From assembly GCA_000004985.1 (NCBI GenBank), contig GG738866.1: a stretch of DNA of 64,000 nucleotides. The stretch is one strand, 5' to 3'. Of this stretch, positions 35,115 to 47,000 are shown piece after piece (positions within the stretch are counted from its first letter, which is position 1; every line of letters begins with the position of its first letter). Under the pieces are notes generated by a model. It was not told the origin of the DNA, ran no database searches, and saw only the letters and a list, made by a program, of their open reading frames with translations. The stretch comes from Naegleria gruberi. Taxonomy: Eukaryota. The translations under genes and the position numbers were made by a program.

Positions 35115-36826
35115 TTAAATCTTGACAAACAAATTATTATCAGCATCAATTTGACCATCAAATGTGGAAATGCCATTTGATGAATTATTGGATGGTAATC
35201 TCACTAAATTCAGAACACTAGCCAATAGTTTTGATTTCAAATTGAAATCTCCCTTAAGAATACGCGAATGACTCACTCCAGCCAAATCAGGCATTGAGTT
35301 TACTTCCAACAAGTGAGGTTGCAAATTGCTATCAATCATAATATCATAACCATATAATTGAAAACATTTGGATTTTGATTGGTGGAATGTTTCATCTTGT
35401 TTTTGTGGATTCAATATGGTGAATTGGAGAGATTCTCTCACCAGTAATTTGATTTGTTCTTCAATTACATTCCAATCAATGTCCATCTTTTCCAGACATG
35501 GTATCAGTTCAGGCAAATACATGTTCGAAAAGAAGCCAAACTTTTGTGTGATGGTCTCATTCTGAATCTTGTTTTTCTTATCATTGACTGAATTATTGGT
35601 AATGTGAATGAATGGATTCTTCAAAGTATCTAAATCTGTCGTATAATCCTCACTTGCGAATCGAACAATGGCATCTCTGTAAAAGTAGGTGTGAAATTCC
35701 TCAGTGTTGGATCCAAATCTTTCTTGAGAACCTCCACCAATCAAGAGAACATACATTCTCATGTCAAACTTTTTGTTTTCAATCAATAGTGGATTGTCAA
35801 TGTATTTAGAGACAACCATCTTGTGTTTGCCAAGTTTTAAACTCTTTTCCGAAATGATTCCACTCTCAATCTCACATGTTGGAATTTGTGGAAATTCCCC
35901 AACAATAACTTGTTGATAGGATTGATATATTTGAATTCCTCTTCCTTTTAATTATCATCATTATATTTAAATTAATATTATAATAAAAAGTATTAATTAA
36001 CAAAAAACAAACCTTCTCCAGATCTACCTGGTTTAACAATCCAAATAGATTTCTCTGTTTCCTCCTGATTTTCACAATGATTAATAAACAAATTCAATTG
36101 ATCTGGCAAATAGAATGATACGGGAACATATTGTGATTTGGATTTAACTTTCTTCTCGGATAAATCCTGAAAATTCAATGCCATCAAACTCTTATTACAT
36201 AATTCATGTGAATTAACAAAGTGATTAATTAGAGTATGGGATGGTAACTCGAACCATTTGACAATGTTATTCCTTGGAAAAACATGTCCCCAGAATAGAG
36301 GTAAACCTCTATAATTATCATCTTCCAGGTTAGACTTGTTGTTCTTGTTGAATTGTGCAAAATCTTCCTTGTTGATGAGGAGATTAAAACCATTCTCTTC
36401 AAAGGTTCTTCTTAGGACGGAGGCTGCAAACTTTAATTCCTTTGCCATTGATATCCAACAATAGGTTTTGTTGTTGTTGCTGATAGGAGAAGAAAAAGAA
36501 GTGGTATTGTTGTTATTAGAAGAACTTTCCAAGGATGGTGATGATGAAGATACAAGCGTAGTAGAGGTGGTACTAGAATTAATATTATTTAATGTTGTTG
36601 TAGACTTCTTCTTATATAAATCATCATTGGACGGGATAATGTGTTGGTAGGGACAATCATCGTGCTTGCAAAACCCATTACTTCTGTAGAACCAACAAAT
36701 TCCCTGCACTGTTTCCACTGTAGAAAAGTGAATAAACTTTCCTTCTGGTTGATGTTGTTTACTTGCTTCCTCATCACGATGCAATTCTGTAGAGGAACAA
36801 CAAGACATTTTTAATTTGATGGTCAA
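35115..36826 (-). CDS. Tubulin-tyrosine-ligase-like (TTL/TTLL, ATP-grasp) protein with an N-terminal CCCH zinc finger; 2 exons
   Basis: Exons 36826-36013 and 35944-35115; the intron 36012-35945 (68 bp, GTTTGT..AAAAG) restores the TTL signature WIVKPGRSGEG|RGIQIY. Downstream are KFDMRMYVLL, FQLYGYDIMIDSNLQPHLLEVNSMP; N-terminal C-x8-C-x4-C-x3-H (CWFYRSNGFCKHDDCPYQH). Confidence 0.8.
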
Positions 36827-37574
36827 AATTCAAGCAACATGCTGGTACAATCATCAATACCAATATTGACTTTGATGCTTACAGTTATTCAAAAATTCAC
36901 TTAATTATGGGAGAAAGGGTGGCTCCAAAACTGACGGATAGTGCAATGTCTGCTTGAAACCTACCAAAGGGTGCTCTCAACTTGTTTCCAAGGAGGCACA
37001 CCTCTGGACCCGACAAAAAATTGAGTTAATAGTAAACGCGCCCCGTAGGACGCTTTCAGCTATTAAACTGAAAAGAACAGATACTACACTCGATCAAAGC
37101 CAAAAGGCCGAGAAAGATGTTTTGTAGAAAAGGCTTACCAGTAGTGTATAAATGCCATTTCAAAGTGGCTTTGTTGGTGGAGAAAATTTGTGGGATTTGA
37201 ATATTTTTAAACAAGTTTGAAAATAAAATTGTGAGGAATGAAAAAGCCATCACATACCTTTCATTGATCCATATGTTCAGTTACAAAGCTTTTAGTTCTT
37301 TATTGGCTTCGTCTTTCATGATCACTGGAGCGGAAAGAAGAAAAGCGTTTCGTTTGAACATGTGCTTCGCTTCACATAGAACAAAGCAAACTTGGTACTA
37401 CCTAGGTATTGTTCTTGTGATGTCATATTGATGACATCGATTGATGGTGCGAAGATCGTTGTCGGCTGTTTTTTTTTTATTATTTAAAATAATTTGTTAA
37501 CGGTAATATTTTTAAAATTACCAAACTTAACACTAGAGGGTATATTAAACCTTTTATTTTACAATTAATGTGCT

Positions 37575-37645
37575 CGTCTCGTGGTGTAATGGTAGCATAG
37601 TGGACTTTGAATCCATTGACGGAGGTTCGATTCCTCCCGAGACGG
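37575..37645 (+). tRNA. tRNA-Gln(UUG): tRNA-Gln (anticodon UUG)
   Basis: CGTCTCGTGGTGTAATGGTAGCATAGTGGACTTTGAATCCATTGACGGAGGTTCGATTCCTCCCGAGACGG: acceptor CGTCTCG/CGAGACG, anticodon arm CTGGA-CTTTGAA-TCCAG by analogy to the canonical Gln-UUG arm, T-arm GGAGG-TTCGATT-CCTCC. Confidence 0.85.
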
Positions 37646-37925
37646 TAAACGTGGCGAGCCATGAAATTTTTATTTTCAAATTGTTCAAATTGATGCATCA
37701 CTTGCATGTTAATTTTGATGATACTCCAGTTCACTCCATCAATTCCACACAAAATTTCTCCATTAAGCTGAAATACCGTACTCAACGGTCCAAAATGAAC
37801 ACTTTTACAAAAACTGAAACAGCCCATTCAATGATTCACTTTGCACAATTTGCTATCCACGCAAACGCTCCCAACACCAAGATTTCAAAGATTTCGCAGC
37901 AAACCAACAATCCAAATTAAAAAAA

Positions 37926-38831
37926 ATGAAAATCTCAAGCCTTATTGTGTTCTCCGTATGTATCCTCCTCATCTTGGGAGGTGTTGCTTCGATGAATGCT
38001 GCTATTCCAATGCGTGATCAAAAGACTCATAAATCACTCTCTTTTACAATGAAGAAGATTTCTGATTCTACAGAATCACAAAAGCCAATTAAGGCTGGTT
38101 ATTTGTGCCCAACTTGTATTGGTAGGTTATTGTTGACTATTCATTCCTTATTTAATTGAACAATGTTTCTTCACTATTATTTATTTGTTCTTCATATAAT
38201 AGATATTCTCGATTTTGCATTGGCTGATTTGGCTGCTGCTGCTGATGCTGGTGTTATTGGTTCTTGTTACAAGTTGTGTAATGCCATTATTGGATCTGGT
38301 ACTTATGCCTGGGAAGGTTGCAATGTTATCTGTGATGCTATTGGTATCAATGTCTTTATTGACATTATCAAGAAGGCTGATTTGGATCCAATTTATGCCT
38401 GCCAATTGGCTAACATTTGTCCAGTTAAGGATTGTACTGCTAAGAGATGTGCTTCATTCCTCAACTCTGGCTTCATTCCAGAAAAGATCCAACACGGTTT
38501 TCCAACAACATTCTACTCTGGTTTGCAAGTTTATAATGCTTCAGGTCCTGGTGAAGTTGTCTTTACTTTGAATGGTGCCTTCTCCACTGAAAATATGATG
38601 CAACGTTTCTACCAACCTAATGGTTATACTCCTGGTACTTATTCTATCAAATTTACCGTTACTACTAAGGATGATGATGCTAAGGCCCTGGAATGGTTGC
38701 CAGGTCTTTATTATGCTGTTGTTGATGTATGTGAAGGTGTCTGTGGTGATCTAAAACCACACACAAGAACCCTTGCACAAGCTAAGGCTAACTTTACATT
38801 GACTCCTCCTCCATGGCCAGGCAAGAATTAA
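37926..38831 (+). CDS. Secreted saposin-like (SAPLIP; countin/amoebapore-like) protein, 2 exons
   Basis: Exon 1 37926-38121 (signal peptide MKISSLIVFSVCILLILGGVAS …CPTCIG); intron 38122-38202 (GTAGGT..ATAG); exon 2 38203-38831. Cys pattern CPTC…SCYKLC…CNVIC…C….C resembles the saposin-B fold. Confidence 0.55.
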
Positions 38832-38899
38832 ATTCTTTATTCTATTCGATCAATTATTTCTCTTTAATTCTTGTTGTATTGCTTAATTGGTAAAACAAT

Positions 38900-40177
38900 T
38901 TATTGTAAAACCCAATTATTCGATAATGTGGAAAGTTTTTGAGTAGGAACAGATCGATTGGTCATTCTATCTCTCATGAAAATGATACTCAACTGTTTCT
39001 TAACAGTGTTATATTTGAAAACATAGAAGTAGTGTGAAAAATCCAATCCTTTCAATGTGGAATTTTGCAATGTGGAATATTGTAAGGATTTCACCTTCTT
39101 TCCCTCTGATAAAAGACTTGTCAGGGTCTTGATATGCTTACTATCAGTGATGAGATTGTCCTCCAAAATAAATACCTCGTCACTTTCTAAATCTGCAAAG
39201 ATGTGAACAATAATTTCACATTCAGAATCAAAATTGGCAAATTGACAATATGCTTCACTTTCATTGACATTGAATGGATAGTGTAATACATCAACAGTAT
39301 AAATTCTCTGAATGATGACAATACCATTCGATTGCCTATGAAAATGGTTGGACGGAGAGAAATCTCTCTTCAGTCCTAATATTTCAAAATTCTTATACTT
39401 GACACTCTTCATACCTTCCATCAAGTTTAACAATTTCACAAGATATTCATTCAAAACCTTGCATGATTCCATTCTTCTTTGTGGCAATAATTGAGCATCA
39501 ACATTTTTGAATCGATTCATTAAATTTTCCAATTTGGAATCATACTTTTCAATCAGGTCACGTTTCGTATAAATTTCAACTCCTTCAATAAGCGAAACAG
39601 TTTGAGCCAATCTAAACGCCAAATATTTCAAATCTTCAATACTCAAACCTGATTCAATTTTGCTAAAATCCAATCCTTTCAATGCTTGAATTCTCGTGTT
39701 CAAATCAAACGATTTCAAAGCATTCACGACCAAAGTTCTAACACTTTCAATTCGTCTAATCTTTACAAGAATATTCTGAACAGTCATGACACACTTGAGT
39801 GGCACAATTCTCTCCACTCTCACCAGCCATTCATTTTCCAAAAATACATTATCCGAATGTAATTTCATAGTTTCCAACACTCCATTATTGACCTCATCAA
39901 CAATTCCTTTAAAAACCCTTCGAACACAACTCGGACTCTCTCCAAACAATTCTAAAACATTCAAATCTTCAGCATCCACTCCCATCTCAGCAATGAAACA
40001 ACACTCCCTATGAGAAGGCATCCTATTCGTCTCATAATTAAACAGGAAAATCCTATCCCTATCCAACGAATCAGAAGAGCCATGAATTAAACTTGGAGTA
40101 GCTTGCAACAATTCAATAATTCGTTCCTTCTCCTCATCAGAGAGAAGAACTTTTCTGAAAATTTTCATCATCATCAT
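38900..40177 (-). CDS. Hypothetical protein (425 aa)
   Basis: Long single ORF; no recognisable domain. Confidence 0.5.
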   Translation of the reverse strand: MMMMKIFRKVLLSDEEKERIIELLQATPSLIHGSSDSLDRDRIFLFNYETNRMPSHRECCFIAEMGVDAEDLNVLELFGESPSCVRRVFKGIVDEVNNGVLETMKLHSDNVFLENEWLVRVERIVPLKCVMTVQNILVKIRRIESVRTLVVNALKSFDLNTRIQALKGLDFSKIESGLSIEDLKYLAFRLAQTVSLIEGVEIYTKRDLIEKYDSKLENLMNRFKNVDAQLLPQRRMESCKVLNEYLVKLLNLMEGMKSVKYKNFEILGLKRDFSPSNHFHRQSNGIVIIQRIYTVDVLHYPFNVNESEAYCQFANFDSECEIIVHIFADLESDEVFILEDNLITDSKHIKTLTSLLSEGKKVKSLQYSTLQNSTLKGLDFSHYFYVFKYNTVKKQLSIIFMRDRMTNRSVPTQKLSTLSNNWVLQ

Positions 40178-40236
40178 ATCATCATCATTTAAAAATATAA
40201 ATAAAATTATTATTATTATTTAATGATGATCAATTC

Positions 40237-40437
40237 CTATAGTAAACTTACTCCGGATTGTTGTCGAGGAGAAAGAACCTTTTCTTTTTCCTTATTGTTC
40301 AAATCCATAATCTTTTGATTAATCTTCTTTCCTCTTGCATTGTTTTGATTGTAATCATTATCATCACCATCATCATCAATAATTGATGTGGGTTTCATCT
40401 TCTTGGTGGAAGCAGCAGCAACTTTCTTTGACTTCAT
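40237..40437 (-). CDS. Small basic/acidic ORF (66 aa), possibly a separate small gene or an unspliced 5' exon of the downstream gene
   Basis: ORF ends in …QQSG immediately followed by GTAAGT, but no in-phase acceptor into the 38900-40177 ORF was found. Confidence 0.2.
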   Translation of the reverse strand: MKSKKVAAASTKKMKPTSIIDDDGDDNDYNQNNARGKKINQKIMDLNNKEKEKVLSPRQQSGVSLL

Positions 40438-40747
40438 TTTTTTTCAAAGATTTCAATTTGGGATTTGATTCAAGTTTACAATAAAAATTTCACTTGTATC
40501 AATTGAGAAATATGATAAATATCATTGTAATAGGAGGAATTTCACAGAACGAGTTTGGTTTGTTAACTTGAAAAAGTATCCATCAGTTTCGTCTAAAAAT
40601 TGTTGAAAATGGTCACCTTCCCAATTTGACAAATACCCAATTCAATCCTTCCAAACAATCAATATGCTTTCCTATTTGCAAAACCACTTTAATTCTTTCA
40701 TATCCCACCTTACAAAAAAAAACTATTCGAAATCAAAATAATCAAAC

Positions 40748-41929
40748 ATGGTCGAACAAAAATTTCAATACAATCAACAACAATGCATTCTCAAAGTTAT
40801 GATCTGCACAGGTGAGGACGATCCATTAGGTTTCCTCCTTGCTGAACAATTACTCACTCGTGGTTCGAAACAATTCGAACAAAATCCATTCGCTGAAGCA
40901 TTAGAAAGTAACATTTCACCATTTGCTAGATGTGTTCATGTTGGATTATTGGTTCATCCCACTCATGTAGAATCTGACAATGTCAAGAATCTCATTCAAA
41001 AGTATCAATCTACAAATTTATTAACCTGCATCGTTGGAGATGCTTTGGAGGAGAAACCAACCGAATTGTGTAAGAAACTTGATCATTATCAAGTGATTGT
41101 TTCGGCTGCCTTGAGAAACTCCATTCTCCATCCACATACTCAGTTTAGAACAGAAATGAATTTGATTGAAACTTGCAAATTGTTATCTCAACAACCATAT
41201 GGAATTTTCAAAAGTTTCGTTCCATGTCAATTCATGTTTGATTTTTCCAAGTTACAACAAAGTATGGTACTTGGAATGGGAAGTAACTTTTCAATTGTTT
41301 GGTCTTTCATTCAGGAACGTAAATTAATTGTTGAAGCATTGAGGGCCAAGTCAATTCCATATATGGTATTTAATTGTGGATTGTGCACTGACTATTTAGT
41401 TGAGTTTCTCACATTTTCAGATATTATCGAAGAGAGGAATATCAGAGGTTATGGAGGAGATATGACTGTTCAACTCTATTTAGATGGAGACTTCTCAGAT
41501 TTGACAATTGACTGCACTTCCCTTAAAGACATTGTCCAAATTGCTGCTTGTAAAATTTCACAAATTGGAACTGATGTTCCCTGTGGATTCCAAGAGTATT
41601 CATTCAGGGGAGATCGAATTAACTTGTTGCAAATTGCACAATCCCTAAATTGGAAATTGGTCAAGTTGGGTTCCACCAAGGATTGTGAACAGTATATTCA
41701 CAAACTTGTGTCCATTATTCAACAAGATGAAAATCATGGACACGATCAAGATAAGTACAGACTCGCTGCTCTATTGATGAAATACTTGATCGGAACCAAT
41801 CAAGCTGTAATGTCTGATTCACTCCTAACTCCGAAAGCTAAATTGGTTGAGAAGGGTTTCAACTTTGAAAATGTCATTCATTTCACCACTGAACATTTCC
41901 CAATTTCACAAACCAATCCAATCCACTAA
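40748..41929 (+). CDS. Hypothetical protein (393 aa); weak Rossmann-like N-terminus
   Basis: Long ORF with AAACATG start. Confidence 0.5.
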   Translation: MVEQKFQYNQQQCILKVMICTGEDDPLGFLLAEQLLTRGSKQFEQNPFAEALESNISPFARCVHVGLLVHPTHVESDNVKNLIQKYQSTNLLTCIVGDALEEKPTELCKKLDHYQVIVSAALRNSILHPHTQFRTEMNLIETCKLLSQQPYGIFKSFVPCQFMFDFSKLQQSMVLGMGSNFSIVWSFIQERKLIVEALRAKSIPYMVFNCGLCTDYLVEFLTFSDIIEERNIRGYGGDMTVQLYLDGDFSDLTIDCTSLKDIVQIAACKISQIGTDVPCGFQEYSFRGDRINLLQIAQSLNWKLVKLGSTKDCEQYIHKLVSIIQQDENHGHDQDKYRLAALLMKYLIGTNQAVMSDSLLTPKAKLVEKGFNFENVIHFTTEHFPISQTNPIH

Positions 41930-42269
41930 CTCAACCTTAATATTATTATTTTCTTGTTCTATATGTAAATATATTTATATGATAATAAACAACAAAATTC
42001 CGATCAAGGAATGAAAACAAACCACTGAAAGGTCTCACAAGGAGCTGTAAACGGATCGCAATTACGATAGCACGCTAATATCTTCTCTCAGAGAAAGAAA
42101 AATCCTTAATGATTCATAGTGGAGTCTTAATTGATGGAACGTTTAATCATTGACAATAGTAGCAACTTTAATTCAATATATTTATATTTGTAATAATAAG
42201 AATAGCAAAATTAATTGTTCATTTGTAAGATAGTGGAAGCGGAATAAGATATTGAAAAAACGGTTAAAT

Positions 42270-44033
42270 ATGAAGAGTAAATCAATGAATAGTGTATTTA
42301 ATAGTACTGTAGTTGTTACATGTAGTTTTATGTTGGTGATTTTAGTGATGAATTTATTGTTTGCAGATTGTTCATCAAATAATAATAATTTTAATAATGT
42401 TAAGGCAAATACCATCACATCATTCTTAGGAAATTTAACAACTAACAACAATAATAATCATTCTAAATCAAAAGTATCATCCCCAATACATTATTTCGGA
42501 GAATGTATTTCGATAGAATCTAATCTTTCTACCAATCAAGAATTTATCTACCGAGTGAATGGCTCACGATCAAATCTCTATATTTCCATTCCAAGCTATT
42601 CACTACTAAGTGGTTCAATGTGTTTAGAATTGATCCAAACGTACAGACCGTACAATGATGAAATTCTTCCTCTTCCGAAAACCAAACAATTACTTCATCC
42701 TTTAACCTTATTCAAAATGAATTTAACATTTGTAAATATTAGCTCTGAATATGATGAAAATTCAGATATTGTGTATAATAGAACCTTAATTAATTTAGCA
42801 TTGGTTAGTGATATTCCATCTGCCTATCCAATAGATCCTTATTCATTGAGAGTGTTGACAATGATTGATCAGAGGTTTGAATTTCCGGATGGAAGTAAGG
42901 ATGAACCAACAGATCGATATGAATTCTTCATTCCTCAAGCGTTTAAGATGAAGTATACAACTTTGGGAGTTTTTGCTTTCAATGGTGAGTTGGACTCTGA
43001 CTTTGGAAAGTTTGTCCCAATAACCTATCCAATGAAGGTGAGGTTTAAACCAGTGAATGAGATTAAGAGTATGATGGTTGGTTATTCGTATTCTAATTTC
43101 TATCCACCTTCGACCCCTTTCGAAAGTATTCCAAATATGAAAGTGGGAGTAATTCAAGAATTGTTCTCTCCTATTCAATTGAATTTGGTGCCACTGGCAA
43201 GATATTCCTTTCAAACCTCAACATTTTTTCCAAACATGACTTCTGTAGCTCATGTTTTTCAATTTAAAACAAATTCTGACTTTTTCATAACCCAAGAACA
43301 CAAGCTGGTGGAAATTGAAAGAAAATCCCTACACTGTTTATATGTTTACAATCAGAAAGTGATTGCAAAAGAAGGAGTCTATACTAAAACTGGAGGGATA
43401 CCAAGACTTATTTGTAGACCAGTGTTGAAGAATGACATTGCTGGATTTGAATTGTTGGTTTTGGCAAGAATTAAAAATCCTCCTCATCCCTCAGATGATG
43501 TCAAAATTCATACTCTGAGGAATAATGTCCAACACTTGGCCAAGTTGGCAGAGAATTCAAAGGTGACCTTTAAGTATACGCTTTCAAGAAGATCTTCAGT
43601 AAGAATTGACACTGCTCTTGATAAGGTCAATGACCCATTCTATCCTCCTCCAACCTTCTACTTTGGATCTGGATATGCTCCAACAAATGTTGATTTTGAC
43701 GGTGTAATTGTTGGTCAGAGCTTTGATGTTTACTTCAATGACTATGATATTCCTTTGGATTTGTTCATTGTTGCCTACTCACCATCAGAGCACACAATAA
43801 CAATTACGCCAAGAGAACGAGCAATTCCCCCTAGTCCACTTGATTCGCATTCATCTTTCCATACTGAACAGGATGATATTGAGTTGACCATTTTGGTTGT
43901 GTGTGCATCTGTATTGTTGGTTGCTGTTGTTTTGGTTTGTTTGGCAACTATTATTGGAGTTGCCTGCATTATGAAAAAGACAGAAAAAAGTGAAGAATCG
44001 ATATCCTTACTTGGGAAAGGAAATAAAGTTTGA
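42270..44033 (+). CDS. Type-I membrane glycoprotein, hypothetical (about 587 aa)
   Basis: Signal peptide MKSKSMNSVFNSTVVVTCSFMLVILVMNLLFA, many N-x-S/T sites, C-terminal TM LVVCASVLLVAVVLVCLATIIGVACI followed by a basic stop-transfer MKKTEK. Confidence 0.6.
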   Translation: MKSKSMNSVFNSTVVVTCSFMLVILVMNLLFADCSSNNNNFNNVKANTITSFLGNLTTNNNNNHSKSKVSSPIHYFGECISIESNLSTNQEFIYRVNGSRSNLYISIPSYSLLSGSMCLELIQTYRPYNDEILPLPKTKQLLHPLTLFKMNLTFVNISSEYDENSDIVYNRTLINLALVSDIPSAYPIDPYSLRVLTMIDQRFEFPDGSKDEPTDRYEFFIPQAFKMKYTTLGVFAFNGELDSDFGKFVPITYPMKVRFKPVNEIKSMMVGYSYSNFYPPSTPFESIPNMKVGVIQELFSPIQLNLVPLARYSFQTSTFFPNMTSVAHVFQFKTNSDFFITQEHKLVEIERKSLHCLYVYNQKVIAKEGVYTKTGGIPRLICRPVLKNDIAGFELLVLARIKNPPHPSDDVKIHTLRNNVQHLAKLAENSKVTFKYTLSRRSSVRIDTALDKVNDPFYPPPTFYFGSGYAPTNVDFDGVIVGQSFDVYFNDYDIPLDLFIVAYSPSEHTITITPRERAIPPSPLDSHSSFHTEQDDIELTILVVCASVLLVAVVLVCLATIIGVACIMKKTEKSEESISLLGKGNKV

Positions 44034-44067
44034 GATAATATAAAGAGAATTACATAAAATTCAAAAT

Positions 44068-47000
44068 TTATTTGCTCACATAAGAAATTATATCAGCATA
44101 AGACATGGTAACAGGCAAAGTCTTGTCTTCCGTCAATTTCTTCAAGAATGTTCTGTGGAAATCATTGAAAAGTACCTTCTTGAATTTTTCATTGTTTGAA
44201 GTTTCATTAATAGCATTGGCAATTCTGACTGGCATTTCTGACTTGAGTTGAACTCTGAAAAGTTCGCACAAATCAAAAACTTTGGTAAGGAGAGCATCAT
44301 CAGAGTATGGCACTTCGCTTGGTTCTTCTTGTAAAGAGAATTTGTTAAAGTTCAAATCATGAATCAAGTCAAAGAACTTTTCTCTATCACCATCCCATTG
44401 CTTCTTACCTAACCAAATGTAGATAGCAACACCATCACAGAGCAAGTAAACACCATCGTCTGGATTAATGAGCTTTCTGGAGAGAGGTTCTAATTTGAGA
44501 ACCTTTGGCTTATCATTTTCTTGTTCGGCCGATTCTTCAGCAAGTAATTGTGAAACATTAATCATGAGTGGGTGAACCATCAATGTAGATTGTTGAATAG
44601 AACATGATGAGAAGAATAAAGAAGCAGCACTTCTACCATCAGCTCTAACTTCCTTACCACCAATAAGCATGGCAGACTTTGAAAGTCCACAAATGAAAAG
44701 AGGTAAGTATTGAAGAGCTGTAGGCATGACAATTCCCATACTTCCAACATTGGCAACAGTCTTATATCCAGCAACAGCTCCCTTAAGCCACTTATCAATG
44801 AGAATGTTCTTGGAATTGGTAATACCTTCCTTTGGTAAATCTGCAGCCAAAATCTTACCCATCAAATTAGTTAAACAAGTAGTTTGAGTACTATTATAGA
44901 GAACAGACAATGAAGTAGTAATTGGAAGAAGAAGGTTACAAACACGAATCTTTCTTTGACCTTGATCAGAAGTGTACAATACAGCAACTTGAACGCTGAC
45001 ATTAGGAGTAGAAAGCATTGCACCAGTGTGAACCATTTGGAAACCAAAAGTTTGAGTACCAGAAATGTTTGGTAAAGCCATCAAGTCGTGACCTCTAATG
45101 AAGAAGTTACCAAAGAAGTTAACAATCTTCATACCACTGCTCACTCTAATTCTCATAACACTTTCAAATCCTGTAATTTCTTCAATGATATTTTGTTTCA
45201 AATCAGAAGCCAATTGATGAGATAATTGATCTGGATATTCGTACAATTTACACCAACCACCAGTAAATTTAGAAAGATTGGAAATGGTGGAAATGTCCAA
45301 GAAGGAGTTACGTGATTCTGGAATTGAATAACAATACAAGTCAATACAAATTTGATCCTTATTGAAGAGGAGAGCAAAATCTCTATAGCTTTGATCAGCT
45401 GGTTGGAGTAATTTGGCTTCAGCCTTTTCATTACCGTAATCGTTCAAATTTTCACGATTGGTGAGTTTGTTTGGTCCAATAGTTGGCAATTGAGAAAGGA
45501 AGATGGAAACCTTTCCTCCAAATCTACCGATCAATCTACCAGCAGCATTCAAAGCAGATCCCAAACAACATTCAGCATTGGTTGATCCCTTAAACATCAA
45601 TTCCAATTTGTCCAATAAAATTTCAACTAAATGATAGCTTTCTTCCAAGTTGACGAGCAAATCGTTAGGAAGTGGTAAGAGAGATTCATTCAATTCACCA
45701 ACAACTAATTGCTGAGGATTTGAGAGTGTTGGTCTCAAATTGAAAAAGTGAATCTTGGTATCAAAACAGAGAATTCCAACCATGGTTCTTGGTGATTTTT
45801 CTTTCAATTCCTTCAAACAATTCTTGATAGCCTTAACAGCACTTTGGAAAAGTCCTCCATTAATACTATGGAAACTGGTATCAATCAAGAATAAGTATGC
45901 TGGTGGTTGAGGTGGACGAGACATGTATTCTTGTGGTGCCAAATATTCATAAACACCATTGACAAGTTCAGGTCTCTCGAAAAAGTCTTGTCTAACACCA
46001 TTATTATCAGTTGGGCTATAGTATCTCTTTGGAACTTCATTGATATTCTTACAAACGTTACATTGCCACTTGTTTCCGTATTCGATAAATTGAACAAATG
46101 GATTGATATAAGTTCTACAATTGTTACAACGAACAATAAAGTTTCCTCCAATGGTTGGTACTTCCTTTTGATAGAATGGATTTAAAACACAACCAAATGG
46201 TAAGCCATATCTGTTCAAAAGTTCTAAACTTTGTGGAACAGCATTACAACTCATTTTCATTGTGTTTTCATCACTTTGCAGGAATTTAAAAACTTCACTT
46301 GCTGGTCTATTTTCAGTGGATCCATATTTTTCTCTGAAAAGATTATAATGTGCTTGATAGAGAGGAGCAACATCAGGTTGTCCAGAAACATGAGAGGTAA
46401 GTAACTCGGCAGCATCCTTTGGTTGAGGCATATTATTTGGAGGTACAATTTGAACAAAAGGTTGTTGGTTTTGTTGTTGATTTAAAGTTAGTGTTCCCAT
46501 GTGAGAAATAACATCTTGAACCATGAAATTATGTCCTTGTTCAAAGGCTGATTCAGATTGAACACTTGATCCTTGAAGAGCAGATCCTGAAATTCCAACA
46601 CTTGGAGGTGGAGGTTGAACAACACCTGTAGTTGGTGGTTGGTGATGAGATTGTCCTACTGCACCATGTACATTCTCTCCAAATTTAAGTTCTGTTGGTG
46701 GTGGACCAACTGGCTTTGATAAAGCAGAAGTAGTAGGATTGAAAAAGCTGTTTCCGGTTGGAGGAGGTGGAAGGCTTGATCCAAATGTATTTGTTGTTGT
46801 TGGAATGGTAGAACTCGGATCATAAAAACCACTACTTGTTCCTGTCGATGGTTGATAAGAAGATGAAGAAGAAACAGGATTATAAAAACCGTAGCCTGTT
46901 GTTGGAGTGGATGGAGAGGAAAATCCTCCAACACTAGAACCTCCCATCATCATACCACCTGAAGTAGTAGGTGTAGTTGTTGTTGTTGTATTGGTACCAT

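Noticed and set aside
40237-40437. Possibility that the 66-aa ORF is a spliced 5' exon of the 38900-40177 gene
   Set aside because: A GTAAGT donor follows it, but no acceptor gives an in-phase junction with the downstream ORF; left as a low-confidence separate ORF
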